A DNA stretch of 64,000 nucleotides from Desulfomicrobium sp. UBA5193 (GCA_002412965.1 DHWB01000004.1:457047-521046); one strand, 5' to 3'. Positions 37,069 through 49,707 are shown, counted from the first letter of the stretch. Notes: generated by a model not told the origin, from the sequence alone. Program-made: numbers and translations.

Positions 37069-37500
37069 CTAAAGTGAATAGAGCTCTTCGCCCGAGAGGA
37101 TGCGGACATTGTTCTTCTGCAACACCTCGATGGCCTGGTCCGTGCGGTCGAAACGGAAGATGAGGATGGCGTTGCGGCCGCTCTGGGTCACGAAGGCGTA
37201 CATGTATTCCACGTTAACGCCGCCCGCGTTGAGCATCTCCAGGATGGTATGCAGCCCGCCGGGTCGGTCGCCCACCTCGGCGGCCACGACGTTGGTCCGG
37301 CCCACGGTGAAGCCTTTGGCCTTCAGGGCGTCCTTGGCCTTCTCGTTGTCGGTCACGATGAGGCGCAGGATGCCGAAATCGGACGTGTCGGCCAGGGACA
37401 GGGCGCGGATATTGATCTGGTTTTCGGCCAGGGTCTTGGTCACTTCGGCCAGTCGGCCGGCTCTGTTTTCAAGAAAAACGGAAATCTGTTCAACTTTCAT
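37069..37500 (-). CDS. ACT domain protein (tandem ACT)
   Basis: [27 protein letters not shown] motifs. Confidence 0.9.
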   Translation of the reverse strand: MKVEQISVFLENRAGRLAEVTKTLAENQINIRALSLADTSDFGILRLIVTDNEKAKDALKAKGFTVGRTNVVAAEVGDRPGGLHTILEMLNAGGVNVEYMYAFVTQSGRNAILIFRFDRTDQAIEVLQKNNVRILSGEELYSL

Positions 37501-37551
37501 GATTCCTCCCGGTCTGGGGTGGGGGCGCGGGATTGGCGCCTGCCCTGTTGT

Positions 37552-38853
37552 TTACGAGTTGCGCAGGTCGATGATGCGTTTGGCCTTCCCCTCGGAGCGT
37601 TCGATACTCTGCGGTTCGGACAGGGTCACCTTGGCGGTGACGCCCAGGAATTCCTTGATATTTTTTTGTATCTTGGCTTCGATACGCTGTAAATGCCGGA
37701 TCTCGTCGGAGAAGAGCTTTTCGTCTACCTCCACCTTGACCTCAAGCATGTCGAGGCTGCCCTGGCGGGTCAGGATGAGCTGATAGTGCGGGGCTACGCC
37801 CTGCGTTTCCAGGAGGATGGTCTCGATCTGCTGCGGGAAAACGTTCACGCCGCGGATGATGAGCATGTCGTCGCTGCGGCCCTGGATGCGGGAGATGCGC
37901 CGGTGGGTGCGGCCGCAGCGGCAGGGGATGGCCTCGATGCGCGTGATGTCGCGCGTGCGGTAACGGATGAGGGGCTGGGCTTCCTTGGTGATGGTGGTGA
38001 TGACCAGTTCGCCGGATTCGCCCAGCGGCAGCTGCTCGCCCGTGTCGGGATCGATGATCTCGATCAGGAAATGGTCTTCCCAGATATGCAGCCCGTCCTG
38101 GGCGTCGCAGCATTCCATACCTACTCCCGGACCCATGATTTCGGACAGTCCGTAAATGTCGAGGGCTTTTATCTGCAGCTTGGACTCGATCTCGGCGCGC
38201 ATCTTCTCGCTCCAGGGCTCGGCCCCGAAAATGCCCGTGTGCAGCTTCAGGTCGGAGATGTTCATGCCTGCGGCGATGATGGATTCATACAGAAACAGTG
38301 CATAGGACGGGGTGCTGCACAGGATGGTCGAGCCGAAGTCGCGCATGAGCATGACCTGGCGTCGGGTCCCGCCGCCGGAGATGGGCAGGATGGTCGCGCC
38401 CAGTCGCTCCACGCCGTAGTGCATGCCGAGACCCCCGGTGAAGAGGCCGTAGCCGTAGGCATTGTGCACGATGTCGCGGCGGCTGGCGCCCGCGCACATG
38501 AGCGAGCGGGCCATCAGTTCGGCCCAGGTGTTCACGTCGCGCTGGGTGTACCCGACCACGGTGGCCTTGCCCGTGGTGCCCGAGGAGGCGTGCACGCGCA
38601 CGACATTGTCGCGGGGCACGGCGAAGAGGCCGAAGGGGTAGTTGTTGCGCAGGTCCTGCTTCTCGGTGAAGGGCAAGTACTTGAGGTCGTCCAGGGAGCG
38701 GATCTGCTCCGGACGGATGCCCATCTCGTTGAACCTGTTCTGGTAGAAGGGCACGTTGTAGTACACCTTTTCAACCATGGCCTTGAGCCGCCCGAGCTGC
38801 AGGGCCTCCAGCTCTTCCCGGGGCATGGTTTCGTTCGACACGTCGTAAAGCAT
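37552..38853 (-). CDS. paaK: Phenylacetate--CoA ligase family protein
   Basis: [42 protein letters not shown] motifs. Confidence 0.92.
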   Translation of the reverse strand: MLYDVSNETMPREELEALQLGRLKAMVEKVYYNVPFYQNRFNEMGIRPEQIRSLDDLKYLPFTEKQDLRNNYPFGLFAVPRDNVVRVHASSGTTGKATVVGYTQRDVNTWAELMARSLMCAGASRRDIVHNAYGYGLFTGGLGMHYGVERLGATILPISGGGTRRQVMLMRDFGSTILCSTPSYALFLYESIIAAGMNISDLKLHTGIFGAEPWSEKMRAEIESKLQIKALDIYGLSEIMGPGVGMECCDAQDGLHIWEDHFLIEIIDPDTGEQLPLGESGELVITTITKEAQPLIRYRTRDITRIEAIPCRCGRTHRRISRIQGRSDDMLIIRGVNVFPQQIETILLETQGVAPHYQLILTRQGSLDMLEVKVEVDEKLFSDEIRHLQRIEAKIQKNIKEFLGVTAKVTLSEPQSIERSEGKAKRIIDLRNS

Positions 38854-39135
38854 GGCTGAACCTCCAGGTAAAAAAATGAAAAAGCCGCGAACAAGGGGGG
38901 GGCTGTTCACGGCAATTGAAATCGTTCGCGCGGCTGGCGCTACACCGTGGCCCCTTCTGCGAAGGGGATTCTAAATATCAGGAAATGCGGTGAAACGGCA
39001 GCATTTTGCATTGCAGTTCTATGCCTTGACCCACCGTATTCGTCAAGTTTTGCCTCATTGCCGTGGGGCGCGTTTTGACGTAGACAATTTGAGTTTGAGC
39101 GATAAATTAAATGTAATGGAGTGCGAGAAATCAAT

Positions 39136-39498
39136 ATGGAAGAAAAAATCGGGCAGATCGTGACCTGGCTTGCGGACAAGAAGGGCACGAATATCAAGGC
39201 GCTTGACGTGCGGGGAATTTCACCCCTGACCGAGGCCATGATCTTTGTTACCGCCAGATCGGCCAAGCATGCCCAGTCCCTGGCGGACGAAATCATGCAG
39301 CGGCTTGCGGAAAATAAGTGGGAATATTTAGGTGTCGAAGGCTTGCAGAACGGTCAGTGGGTGCTGGTCGATTGCAACGATGTCATCGTGCATGTTTTTC
39401 AGGATGAAATGCGCTCCCTGTACAATGTCGAAGGGCTTTATTCCAAGGCCCCGGCTTTTGCCCTGCCGAAGAGCGTCACTTCCGGGGAAGGTAAATGA
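39136..39498 (+). CDS. rsfS: Ribosome silencing factor
   Basis: DKKG.NI..LDV, EG....WVLVD..DVIVHVF motifs. Confidence 0.92.
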   Translation: MEEKIGQIVTWLADKKGTNIKALDVRGISPLTEAMIFVTARSAKHAQSLADEIMQRLAENKWEYLGVEGLQNGQWVLVDCNDVIVHVFQDEMRSLYNVEGLYSKAPAFALPKSVTSGEGK

Positions 39499-41027
39499 AG
39501 AAACCGTGCGTACTGCTGATTCTGGACGGCTGGGGCAAGGCCGCTCCCGGTCCGGGAAATGCCGTGAGCCTGGCCCGGACTCCGCGCATGGACGCCCTTC
39601 TGTCTTCCTGTCCCAAGGGGGAGCTCAAATGCATGGGCCGTGATGTTGGTCTGCCCGACGGACAGATGGGCAACTCCGAGGTCGGCCATCTGAACCTCGG
39701 AGCCGGGCGCATCGTCTATCAGGACATCATGCGCATCAACCTGGCCATCGAGGACGGCTCCCTGGCCGTAAGTCCTGTGCTGGCCGAGCTCGTGGGCACC
39801 GCCAAGGCGGCCTCGGGGAGGGTTCACCTGCTGGGCCTTGTCTCCGACGGGGGCGTGCACAGCATGCTCACCCATCTGGAGGCGGTGGTCCAGGCCCTGA
39901 CCGACCAGGGAGTGGCGGACATCTGCGTGCACGCCTTTCTGGACGGCCGGGACACTCCACCGCGCAGCGGCCTTGGCTATATCGAGGAACTGGAGGCGTC
40001 CCTGGCCCGCATGGGCGCCGGGCGCATCGCCACGGTCTCGGGACGGTATTACGCCATGGACCGCGATCTGCGCTGGGAGCGTGTGGAGCGCGCCTACGAG
40101 GCCCTGACTGTAGGTCGGGGGCTGACCGCTTTGAGCGCGGCGCAGGCTGTGCGCGATGCCTATGAGAACGGAGAAAACGACGAGTTCGTCCAGCCTCGCG
40201 TCATCCTGCGGGATGGGGCGCCCTCGGGCCTGATTCAGGACGGCGACGCCGTGCTTTTCTTCAATTTTCGGGCGGACCGGACCCGGGAGCTGACCCGGGC
40301 CTTGAACGAAGACGGCTTCACGGGCTTTGCTCGTCCGCACAAGGTGCGCCTGTCGCGTTTCGTGACCATGACCCGCTACGACAAGAACTTCGATCTGCCC
40401 GTGCTCTTTCCGCCGGTCAGCCTGGACCGGATTCTGGGACAGGTCGTGTCCGAGCAGGGGATGCGCCAGCTGCGCACCGCCGAAACGGAAAAATACGCCC
40501 ACGTGACCTATTTTTTCAACGGAGGCCAGGAGACGCCCTTTCCCGGCGAAGACCGCGAGATGCTGCCCTCACCCAAGGAAGTTCCTACCTACGACTTCAA
40601 GCCGGAGATGAGCGTGTACAAGATCACGGACACTCTCGTTGGCGCTCTCGAAACGGGTCAATATGATCTGGCGGTGTGCAATTTCGCCAACCTCGACATG
40701 GTCGGGCACACCGGGGTCATCCCGGCGGCCGTCAAGGCCTGCGAAGCCGTAGATGAATGTCTGGGCCGGGTCATGGATTGCGTGGCGGGCATGGGCGGCA
40801 CGCTTCTGGTCACTGCGGACCACGGCAACGCCGAGGACATGCTGGACGAGCACGGCAACGTGAAGACCTCGCACAGCCTCAATCCCGTCCCGTTTGTCTA
40901 TGTCGGGCCGGATCAGGTCCGGGTCAGGGATGGCCGCCTGGCCGATGTGGCCCCGACCATCCTGGGCATTCTGGGGATTGCGAAACCTGTGGAGATGACG
41001 GGAGAGAGCCTGCTCATCCCTCTTTGA
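39495..41027 (+). CDS. gpmI: 2,3-bisphosphoglycerate-independent phosphoglycerate mutase
   Basis: LILDGWG, MGNSEVGH, GRYYAMDRD, AETEKYAHVT, DMVGH, TADHGN. Confidence 0.97.
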   Translation: MKKPCVLLILDGWGKAAPGPGNAVSLARTPRMDALLSSCPKGELKCMGRDVGLPDGQMGNSEVGHLNLGAGRIVYQDIMRINLAIEDGSLAVSPVLAELVGTAKAASGRVHLLGLVSDGGVHSMLTHLEAVVQALTDQGVADICVHAFLDGRDTPPRSGLGYIEELEASLARMGAGRIATVSGRYYAMDRDLRWERVERAYEALTVGRGLTALSAAQAVRDAYENGENDEFVQPRVILRDGAPSGLIQDGDAVLFFNFRADRTRELTRALNEDGFTGFARPHKVRLSRFVTMTRYDKNFDLPVLFPPVSLDRILGQVVSEQGMRQLRTAETEKYAHVTYFFNGGQETPFPGEDREMLPSPKEVPTYDFKPEMSVYKITDTLVGALETGQYDLAVCNFANLDMVGHTGVIPAAVKACEAVDECLGRVMDCVAGMGGTLLVTADHGNAEDMLDEHGNVKTSHSLNPVPFVYVGPDQVRVRDGRLADVAPTILGILGIAKPVEMTGESLLIPL

Positions 41028-41069
41028 TGCTGAGCATTGAACGCAATACCCCAACGCAAAGGGGTCAGG

Positions 41070-41095
41070 CCGCCGGGAAACCGGCGGTTTTTTTT
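41070..41095 (+). terminator. Intrinsic terminator after gpmI
   Basis: ccgccgg-gaaa-ccggcgg followed by T8. Confidence 0.85.
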
Positions 41096-41133
41096 CGCGG
41101 TTTGTACAGTGTCCTGCCCAGAAAAGCGGGGTC

Positions 41134-41502
41134 TTATGCGTCCAGATCGATGTAGTTCTGGGGCGAAAAGCGCGGCGAGCAGATGGCCAGAAAGATCAGG
41201 TCAAGGGGGCCGGTGTTGGTGATGCGCTGGCGGCTTCCCGGCGGAATGACGACCACATCGCCGGGACCGACAGGCGCGGGCGGCAGGCTGCCGACCTCGA
41301 CCAACCCCTGTCCTTCAAGGATCAGGTAACGCTCGGTGGTCCGGGCCAGGGCGTGCCAGGACGTGGTTCGACCCGGCTCTACCCTGGCGCGGGCCAGGGA
41401 TACGTCGGGGTCGTGCTCGCCGTTTGAGAGTTCGGTGATGAAGCAGCCTTCGCGAAAGTAGTATTCGCTCTGCGGATCATGGCTCAGGATGCGCGGCTCC
41501 AT
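41134..41502 (-). CDS. Cupin domain protein
   Basis: PG....H......E.Y....G.G and GD...IPPG..Q.I.N cupin motifs. Confidence 0.85.
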   Translation of the reverse strand: MEPRILSHDPQSEYYFREGCFITELSNGEHDPDVSLARARVEPGRTTSWHALARTTERYLILEGQGLVEVGSLPPAPVGPGDVVVIPPGSRQRITNTGPLDLIFLAICSPRFSPQNYIDLDA

Positions 41503-41505
41503 CGG

Positions 41506-42231
41506 TTATCTGAGGATGAAGCCGCTGATTTTCAGATCCTTGGCCCAGGCTTTCCATGCGCCGCTCAAAAATGTGGCGGTCATGGTCTTGGGATTGAAAA
41601 GAACCTTCGCGTCCAGATCAAGGTGGCATTTGCGGTCATAGTTGGTGTGGCTGAAGCGCAGGGTCCAGGTCCCGTCCGCGTTGGGGCAGGCCTCTTCCAC
41701 ATAGCCAAGGTGGCCCGTCGACATCTTGCGGCCCTTGTTGCCGGCGATGACCATGATCGAGCCGGCCTTGGGGATGGAGGTGGTCGCCTTGTTCTTGCGG
41801 GCGCACTCGAACCATTCCACGGGGCCGGTGTCACCCAGGCGACAGGTCATGATGCCGCTACGGCAGCGGGCGTAGGGCACGCATTGGGGCTGGCAGCGGC
41901 CGGTAACGGTCTTGCCCTTTGAATTTTTGGTCGTCTTGCCGGGTTGGAGTTTGAAACAGCCGGCGCGATTCTGGGTTGGGTCAACGGCTTCGCATTCGAG
42001 GCAGGGAGCTTGGGCTTCCTTGCCGATTTCGGTGGGTTTTTCGGACGGAGGTTCGCACGCTTCCGGAGCGGGTTCTTCCGCCGGGGCCGGCATGGTCGCG
42101 GGCGGCTCTGCAGCGCTTGGCGTCTGCGATGGACTTGGCACGGTCTTGGTGCAGGCCGTCAGGTTCACAAGGAGAAGGAAGAGAGTGAAAAAGAGAGCCG
42201 CTTTTGGCCAGGAACGCATCCGGTGCTCCAT
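41506..42231 (-). CDS. Lipoprotein with CHAP-like amidase domain
   Basis: LTAC lipobox, Pro-rich linker, QCVPYAR, P.AGS, GHLGYVE, SHTNY. Confidence 0.75.
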   Translation of the reverse strand: MEHRMRSWPKAALFFTLFLLLVNLTACTKTVPSPSQTPSAAEPPATMPAPAEEPAPEACEPPSEKPTEIGKEAQAPCLECEAVDPTQNRAGCFKLQPGKTTKNSKGKTVTGRCQPQCVPYARCRSGIMTCRLGDTGPVEWFECARKNKATTSIPKAGSIMVIAGNKGRKMSTGHLGYVEEACPNADGTWTLRFSHTNYDRKCHLDLDAKVLFNPKTMTATFLSGAWKAWAKDLKISGFILR

Positions 42232-42322
42232 GTTGGGATGAGGGTTGGTGTCCAGGTGCTTTAGTCGCAGCGCAAGACAGCGTCAATTGTGGCATGCACG
42301 GGAGACGACGGCGGATTTGGGG

Positions 42323-42350
42323 CAAAAAAAAGCCCGTCGGGGACGGGCTT
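42323..42350 (-). terminator. Terminator after the RRM gene
   Basis: aagcccgtc-ggg-gacgggctt with U-run on the minus strand. Confidence 0.8.
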
Positions 42351-42372
42351 CCTCATGATCGAACAGGACCGC

Positions 42373-42630
42373 TTAGTAGCGGGGGCGGCTCTCACGGGGC
42401 TGAGATTCGTTGACTTTCAGGGTGCGGCCCTGAAGATCGGTGCCGTTCACTGCCTGGATGGCCTTGCGGGCGCCTTCGTCATCCATCTCGACAAAGCCGA
42501 AACCACGGGAACGGCCAGTGGCGCGGTCCTCGATGACGTGAGCAGAGGTAACTTCGCCGTACTGGGAAAACAGGGACTTGAGGTCGGCGTCAGTGGTCGA
42601 CCAGGACAGATTTCCAACATAGATGTTCAT
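42373..42630 (-). CDS. RNA-binding protein (RRM/RNP-1)
   Basis: IYVGNL (RNP-2) and RGFGFVEM (RNP-1). Confidence 0.95.
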   Translation of the reverse strand: MNIYVGNLSWSTTDADLKSLFSQYGEVTSAHVIEDRATGRSRGFGFVEMDDEGARKAIQAVNGTDLQGRTLKVNESQPRESRPRY

Positions 42631-42950
42631 AGACTAAACTGTAACTCCGAAAAAAAAGGTAAATAAAATGCGGAGAGTCCGGCTGGAGACATTTGCCAGC
42701 TGGTCCGCACCAGCGGCACGTTCATTTCCCATGAAATGGCGCGACGCCTCCGAACATCGACCCTGTAGGCGTGAGCGGGTGAACTGTCAATCCATTTTTT
42801 GGGCCGTGAAAAGGTCCGGCCAGCCTCACATGGGGTAGGGGACGACGATTCTGCGGCGCTTTTTTTGGGGTGCGCACGAAGGCAGCAGGGCGGACATGTG
42901 GAGGATCAGCAAAAAGCGAAAAAAAGCTCGCCTGGAGAAAAAGCGGGCCG

Positions 42951-43856
42951 TCATTGCTCGCTGGAGCCTTGTGCGTCCGCGAATTTCTGGACCACGGTCC
43001 CAGCCAGGATGAAGCCAAGCCCGACCAGGGTGGAGGAGAAGATGGTCTCGCCGACCAGGAAATGGATGATGAAGAGGGACAGGAAGGGGGCCAGGTAAAT
43101 GAGGTTGCTGACTTGGGCCGTGGTCCGGGACAGGCGCAGGGCCGACATCCAGAGTACGAAGGTCACGCCCATTTCGAAGACGCCGATGTAGACCGCGCCT
43201 AGGAAACCCGGTCCGTTGGGGAGCAGGGAGATGCCCGAGAGCAAGGCCCATATCAAAGTATAGAACGCCCCGCAGCAGAAGTTGAGCAGCAGGCGAAGGG
43301 TCGGGTCCAGGCGGTCCTTGACCCCGAAAATCCAGAAGAGGGCCCATATCACGGTGCTGCTCATGGCCAGGGCGAAGCCAAGCGGGCTCTCCATCTCAAA
43401 GCCGAGCAGATCCCCGTGGGTGGAGATAATGAGGGCGCCGAGATAGCTGAGACCGATGGCCGCGAACTGCAGCCCGCGAATCTTTTGCTTCAGGAGAGGG
43501 ATGGACAGGATGCTCATGGTGATGGCCCAGGTGTAGTTGATGGCCTGGGCTTCCTGGGCCCGGAGCAGATCGTAGGCCCGGATCAGGATGAGGTAGTAGA
43601 GAAATGGGTTGAGTCCGCCAAGAACCAGCGAGAAGCGTGCTTCCTTCCAGGTCAGTGTGGTAAGTTCCTTCAGTCGGCCCTGGATGACCAGGATGACGGC
43701 GAGGACCAGGACCGAGGTCAGGCTTGCATAGAAAAGCAGGGGCTCCGGCCCGAGGTGGCGCAGGGAAAGCTTGAAGGCCGTGGCCACGGTGGACCACAGG
43801 CAGACGGCGGCCAGGCCGTAGAGGTATGCTTTCTTTTGGTTGCTCTGCTTTTCCAT
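42951..43856 (-). CDS. DMT/EamA family transporter
   Basis: About 10 hydrophobic segments in two EamA-like halves; ATG at 43856. Confidence 0.88.
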   Translation of the reverse strand: MEKQSNQKKAYLYGLAAVCLWSTVATAFKLSLRHLGPEPLLFYASLTSVLVLAVILVIQGRLKELTTLTWKEARFSLVLGGLNPFLYYLILIRAYDLLRAQEAQAINYTWAITMSILSIPLLKQKIRGLQFAAIGLSYLGALIISTHGDLLGFEMESPLGFALAMSSTVIWALFWIFGVKDRLDPTLRLLLNFCCGAFYTLIWALLSGISLLPNGPGFLGAVYIGVFEMGVTFVLWMSALRLSRTTAQVSNLIYLAPFLSLFIIHFLVGETIFSSTLVGLGFILAGTVVQKFADAQGSSEQ

Positions 43857-44068
43857 GGGCCCGGGGGATCGGTTGCGGTTTTTGGAAAATGAATATACCG
43901 ATGTCGGAGTGTCGCAAGGCTGCAAATCGTTCGCATTTGGAAGCGTTGTGCCGCAAAACGAACTGGTTTGGCGCTCTTCACCAAGAGGATGAGAGAACCT
44001 GGCCGGTTTCGACGTACTTGTGGGGGAACCTCATTTTTTGTCAAACGTTTTCATGAGGATGGAAAAAC

Positions 44069-44812
44069 ATGCTGAAACGCGCTGCTTTTGTGATCGCCTG
44101 CCTTGTGTGCATGGTTGCTGGCCCCGCCCTGGCGGAGGAAAAAGTCCTGATAAACGGCATCGACGCCAATTATCCCCCGTTCGCCTATGTTGATCAGAGC
44201 GGAAAGCCCGGCGGCTTTGATGTCGACGCCGTGGATTGGATCGCGGCCAAGATGGGCTTCAAGGTCAAGCACGTGCCCGTGGACTGGGATGGCATCATCC
44301 CCAACCTGCTGGCCAAGAAGATCGACTTCATCTGCTCCGGCATGACCATCACCGCCGAGCGGGCCGAGAAGGTCAATTTCACCACCCCTTACTGGGAAGT
44401 GAAGAACGTTTTCGTGACCAAGAAAGATTCCAAGCTCAAGGCTGAGGAAATCTACGGCAAGGAAGTGACCGTCGGCATGCAGGCCGGTACCTCCGAAGCC
44501 AAGTGGATGGCCGAGGAAAAGGAAAAGCAGGGCTGGAAGTTCACCATCCGCCACTACGATTCCGCGCCCATGGCCATTGAAGACCTGGTTAACGGCCGCA
44601 TCGACGCAGCCGCCATGAACTATCCCCCGGCCCGTGACGCCGAGCAGAAGAAGCCCGTGCAGATCATCGGCATCTTCGGCGAAGTGGAGCCCTTTGGCGC
44701 CGCCGTACGCAAGGAAGACAAGGAACTGCTCGACAAGCTGAACAAGGGCTTCGAGATGCTGAAAGCCGACCCCTACTGGGAAGCACTCATCGCCAAGCAC
44801 CTGAACAAGTAA
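44069..44812 (+). CDS. Polar amino-acid ABC transporter substrate-binding protein
   Basis: Signal peptide; YPPF, GFDVD, WDGIIP.L, GMTITAER. Confidence 0.93.
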   Translation: MLKRAAFVIACLVCMVAGPALAEEKVLINGIDANYPPFAYVDQSGKPGGFDVDAVDWIAAKMGFKVKHVPVDWDGIIPNLLAKKIDFICSGMTITAERAEKVNFTTPYWEVKNVFVTKKDSKLKAEEIYGKEVTVGMQAGTSEAKWMAEEKEKQGWKFTIRHYDSAPMAIEDLVNGRIDAAAMNYPPARDAEQKKPVQIIGIFGEVEPFGAAVRKEDKELLDKLNKGFEMLKADPYWEALIAKHLNK

Positions 44813-44906
44813 TTCCGCTGCTGTTTGAAACCTCGGGAAGGTCTGGCAATGTCCCGGCCTTCCCGTTTTTTTGCCACGCCACGCCTCTGAAGGATCCGCC
44901 CTGATC

Positions 44907-45575
44907 ATGAACGAAACCGTCACTGTTCTCATCGACGCCCTGCCATATGTGCTGCAGGGCGCGGCCGTCACCGTCACAGCCGTCGTCGGGGCCATGTTCC
45001 TGGGCCTCTTCATCGGCGTGCCCCTGGCCGTGGGCCAGGTCTATGGGCGGGGGCCGGTGCGGACGCTGTGCGGCCTCTATGTCTGGTTTTTTCGGGGCGT
45101 GCCCATTCTGGTGCTCCTTTTTCTTTTTTATTTCGGGTTGTTCAACCTTGTGGGGCTGAACCTGAACGCGGTCGCGGCCGCGACCATAGTGCTGGGCATG
45201 ACCAGCGGCGCCTATCAATCCCAAATTTTTCGCGGCGCCATCCTGTCCCTGTCCAAGGGGCAGCTCAAGGCGGCCCGAGCCCTCGGCATGTCCGACGGCC
45301 TGGCCATCCGGTCCATCATCCTGCCCCAGGCCCTGCGCCTGTCCATTCCCGGCTGGTCCAACGAGTATTCCATCATCCTGAAGGACTCTGCCCTGGCCTT
45401 TGTGCTCGGGGCGAGCGAGATCATGGCCCGGACCCACTTCGTTGCTTCCCGGACCTACCAGCATCTGCCCCTGTACGTCAGCGCGGCGGTGCTCTATTTT
45501 CTGCTGACCTGGGCTGGGGTCGTGGCCCTGCGTGCATTGGAAAAACGTGTCAGAATAAAAGGTTATGTGCATTAA
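44907..45575 (+). CDS. Amino-acid ABC transporter permease
   Basis: FRGVP, GQ..AA.ALGM, IILPQA, KDS.L. Confidence 0.93.
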   Translation: MNETVTVLIDALPYVLQGAAVTVTAVVGAMFLGLFIGVPLAVGQVYGRGPVRTLCGLYVWFFRGVPILVLLFLFYFGLFNLVGLNLNAVAAATIVLGMTSGAYQSQIFRGAILSLSKGQLKAARALGMSDGLAIRSIILPQALRLSIPGWSNEYSIILKDSALAFVLGASEIMARTHFVASRTYQHLPLYVSAAVLYFLLTWAGVVALRALEKRVRIKGYVH

Positions 45576-46348
45576 TGACGAAAGCGAACACAAAGACTCC
45601 GCTGATGCGGGTGCATGGAATATCCAAGGTTTTGGGCGGCCGCGAGATCCTCAAGTCCGTGAGCCTGGATCTGTACGAAGGCGAAATGAAGGTGCTCATC
45701 GGACCCTCAGGGGGCGGTAAGAGCACCCTTTTGCAGTGCATGAACTATCTCATCGTGCCTGATCGCGGGGAAATCGAGCTCGAAGGCCAGCATGTGGACC
45801 CGAACAAGGCCCGCGAGCTCTGCGTGTTCCGTCAGCATGTGGGCATGATTTTTCAGGATTTCAATCTGTTCGATCACCTGACCGCCGTGGACAACGTCAG
45901 CATCGCCCTGCGCAAGGTCCGGGGCATGAGCCGCAGCCAGGCCCGGGTTCGGGCCATGGCCGAGCTGGATCGGGTCGGGCTTGCCGACAAGGGGCACCTC
46001 TATCCGGCGGAGCTGTCGGGCGGGCAGAAGCAGCGCGTGTCCATCGCCCGCGCTCTGGCCATGGACCCGAAGGTCATGCTCCTGGACGAGCCCACGTCGG
46101 CCCTTGATCCGGAACTGGTCAGCGAAGTGCTGACCGTCATCCGCGGGTTGGCCCAAAACGGCATGACCATGGTCATGGCCACGCACCAGATGGGCTTTGC
46201 ACGGTCCCTGGCCGACGAAGTGCTGTTCATGCAGGAGGGCCGTATCATCGAGCAGGGCAGCCCCAAGGAATTGCTGGCCGAGGGCTCGGGCACCCGCACC
46301 CTGGATTTCTGCTCCCAGATCATGGACGTCGAGGGCGCCAGCACATGA
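45575..46348 (+). CDS. Amino-acid ABC transporter ATP-binding protein (GlnQ-like)
   Basis: GPSGGGKST, LSGGQKQRV, LDEPTSALDPE; TAATG overlap. Confidence 0.94.
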   Translation: MTKANTKTPLMRVHGISKVLGGREILKSVSLDLYEGEMKVLIGPSGGGKSTLLQCMNYLIVPDRGEIELEGQHVDPNKARELCVFRQHVGMIFQDFNLFDHLTAVDNVSIALRKVRGMSRSQARVRAMAELDRVGLADKGHLYPAELSGGQKQRVSIARALAMDPKVMLLDEPTSALDPELVSEVLTVIRGLAQNGMTMVMATHQMGFARSLADEVLFMQEGRIIEQGSPKELLAEGSGTRTLDFCSQIMDVEGAST

Positions 46349-47013
46349 ACGAGGAGCTTGTCTTTCTGCTTGAGCGGCTGGTGCCGGCCCTGAATAAGGG
46401 TGTACTGATGAGCGTGCAGCTCATCGTGCCTTCAGCCATCCTGGGGATGTTTTTCGGCGTGGTGGTGGGCGCGTGCCGGGCCTTTGGCAACAGGGCTGTC
46501 CAGTCCCTGGCCAATGGCTACGCGGCGCTCTTCCGGGGTACGCCGCTGGTCATTCAGCTGTTCATCCTCTATTTCGGCCTGCCAAACGTGGGCATCTATT
46601 TTCAGCCGTACACGGCGGCCGTGCTCGGCTTCACCCTGTGCAGCGCAGCCTATCATTCGGAGTACATCCGTGGCGGGCTCCTCTCCATCAAGCGCGGGCA
46701 GGTGCTGGCGGCCCAGGCGCTGGGTTTCTCCACGTTCACGACCCTGGTCTGGATCATCATCCCTCAGGCCTTTCGCCGCGCGTTGCCCGGTTGCGGAAAC
46801 GAGATCGTGTACCTGATCAAGTATTCGTCCCTGGCCTACGTCATCACCTGCTTCGAACTGACCGGCCAAGCCAAGATCATCGCGAGCGAGAGTTTTCGCT
46901 TCAGCGAGGTCTTCATGGTCGTGGGCGTGTATTACCTGACCCTGGTCAGCGTGGCCACCTATGGCCTGCGCAGGCTGGAAAAGAGACTGGAAATTCCCGG
47001 CTTCGGTCATTAG
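46345..47013 (+). CDS. Amino-acid ABC transporter permease
   Basis: FRGTP, SEYIRGG, IIPQAFR. Confidence 0.93.
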   Translation: MNEELVFLLERLVPALNKGVLMSVQLIVPSAILGMFFGVVVGACRAFGNRAVQSLANGYAALFRGTPLVIQLFILYFGLPNVGIYFQPYTAAVLGFTLCSAAYHSEYIRGGLLSIKRGQVLAAQALGFSTFTTLVWIIIPQAFRRALPGCGNEIVYLIKYSSLAYVITCFELTGQAKIIASESFRFSEVFMVVGVYYLTLVSVATYGLRRLEKRLEIPGFGH

Positions 47014-47130
47014 TCTGATTCAAATCCCGGCGTCATTTCCCGCGGCCGGCCCCTGTCGGCCGCTTCCGTTCCCGGCCCTTGCATGGCCGGGAAGAAAGCA
47101 TACAATCAATCCATATTCGAGGTTATTTTC

Positions 47131-48813
<1,683 letters not shown>

Positions 48814-48940
48814 CAGGCTGCTTGAAAAACGGCGATCTGCTTTGTCACTGCAGAAACTCCAGAACCTCACGTATGTCTGAATACGCTTCGGCCCTGGAGT
48901 TTCTTTGTTCCTCGCAGCTCACCATTTTTTAAGCAGCCTG
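48814..48940. mobile_element. MITE-like non-autonomous element (127 bp)
   Basis: Terminal inverted repeats caggctgcttgaaaaacgg / ccattttttaagcagcctg (17 of 19 match) and internal IR agaaactccag/ctggagtttct. Confidence 0.65.
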
Positions 48941-48981
48941 GACAGTTGTGATTTTTCAGTCAGTTAACCGTGATTTGTCGT

Positions 48982-49017
48982 GAACCCGGCCAAGAATAAT
49001 CCGGGCCGGGTTCTTTT
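48982..49017 (+). terminator. Putative terminator downstream of ettA
   Basis: gaacccggcc...ggccgggttc followed by tttt. Confidence 0.55.
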
Positions 49018-49094
49018 CAAGTGGGGCAACGGATGGTAGTAAGGGGGCTTGTCGATACAGCACAGCACCCCCTTTCGCTGACAAGGAGATCATT

Positions 49095-49547
49095 ATGAAC
49101 ACACAAAGTTTCGCGTTCAAAGTTCTTGGTCCTGGATATGGCGTCATCGTGGCCGGCAGCGTCATCGAGAACCTCATCCTGCGCACCAACTGGTTCATGC
49201 TCGGTTCGCTGCTCGGTTTTTTATGGCTGGCCGTGGGTTTGGGCGGCCTTGTTCTGGCGGTGCGCGAACTCAGGAAAAGCGAAGGCTATATGCTGGTCCA
49301 GTCCGGCCCCTTCGCCTGGAGCCGCAACCCGATCGTGGCCGCCAACCTGCTGGGCATCATGCCCGGACTGTGTCTGGTGCTGAACACAAACCTGGGCATT
49401 CTGGGCATCCTGGCCGCCGCGTTCCTTTTTTTGAAAAACGTCGGCGCCGAGGAAATGGAACTGGAAGATCAGTTTGGCGAGGTCTATCAGTCCTACCGCG
49501 AGCGGGTCAGTCGTCTGGTTCCGCTCCCGTTTACCAGTAGCCTGTAA
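49095..49547 (+). CDS. Isoprenylcysteine carboxyl methyltransferase / PEMT-like membrane protein
   Basis: LV..GPF..SRNP and EE..LE..FGE.Y..YR..V.R..P motifs; AAGGAG RBS. Confidence 0.85.
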   Translation: MNTQSFAFKVLGPGYGVIVAGSVIENLILRTNWFMLGSLLGFLWLAVGLGGLVLAVRELRKSEGYMLVQSGPFAWSRNPIVAANLLGIMPGLCLVLNTNLGILGILAAAFLFLKNVGAEEMELEDQFGEVYQSYRERVSRLVPLPFTSSL

Positions 49548-49707
49548 TTGCGGGGCAACCGCGAGGCCGGTTTTGCCGCCTGCCCCTTGCTCGGAAAATC
49601 AGTCCGAAAGCGGAGTGATGCCGCCCGGCGCACCCCCTCCGTGAGCTGAACGTCCCGCTGTATGCTTCTTCATGGATGAATTTACATGTTCATCCCCTCC
49701 CGTCCCC

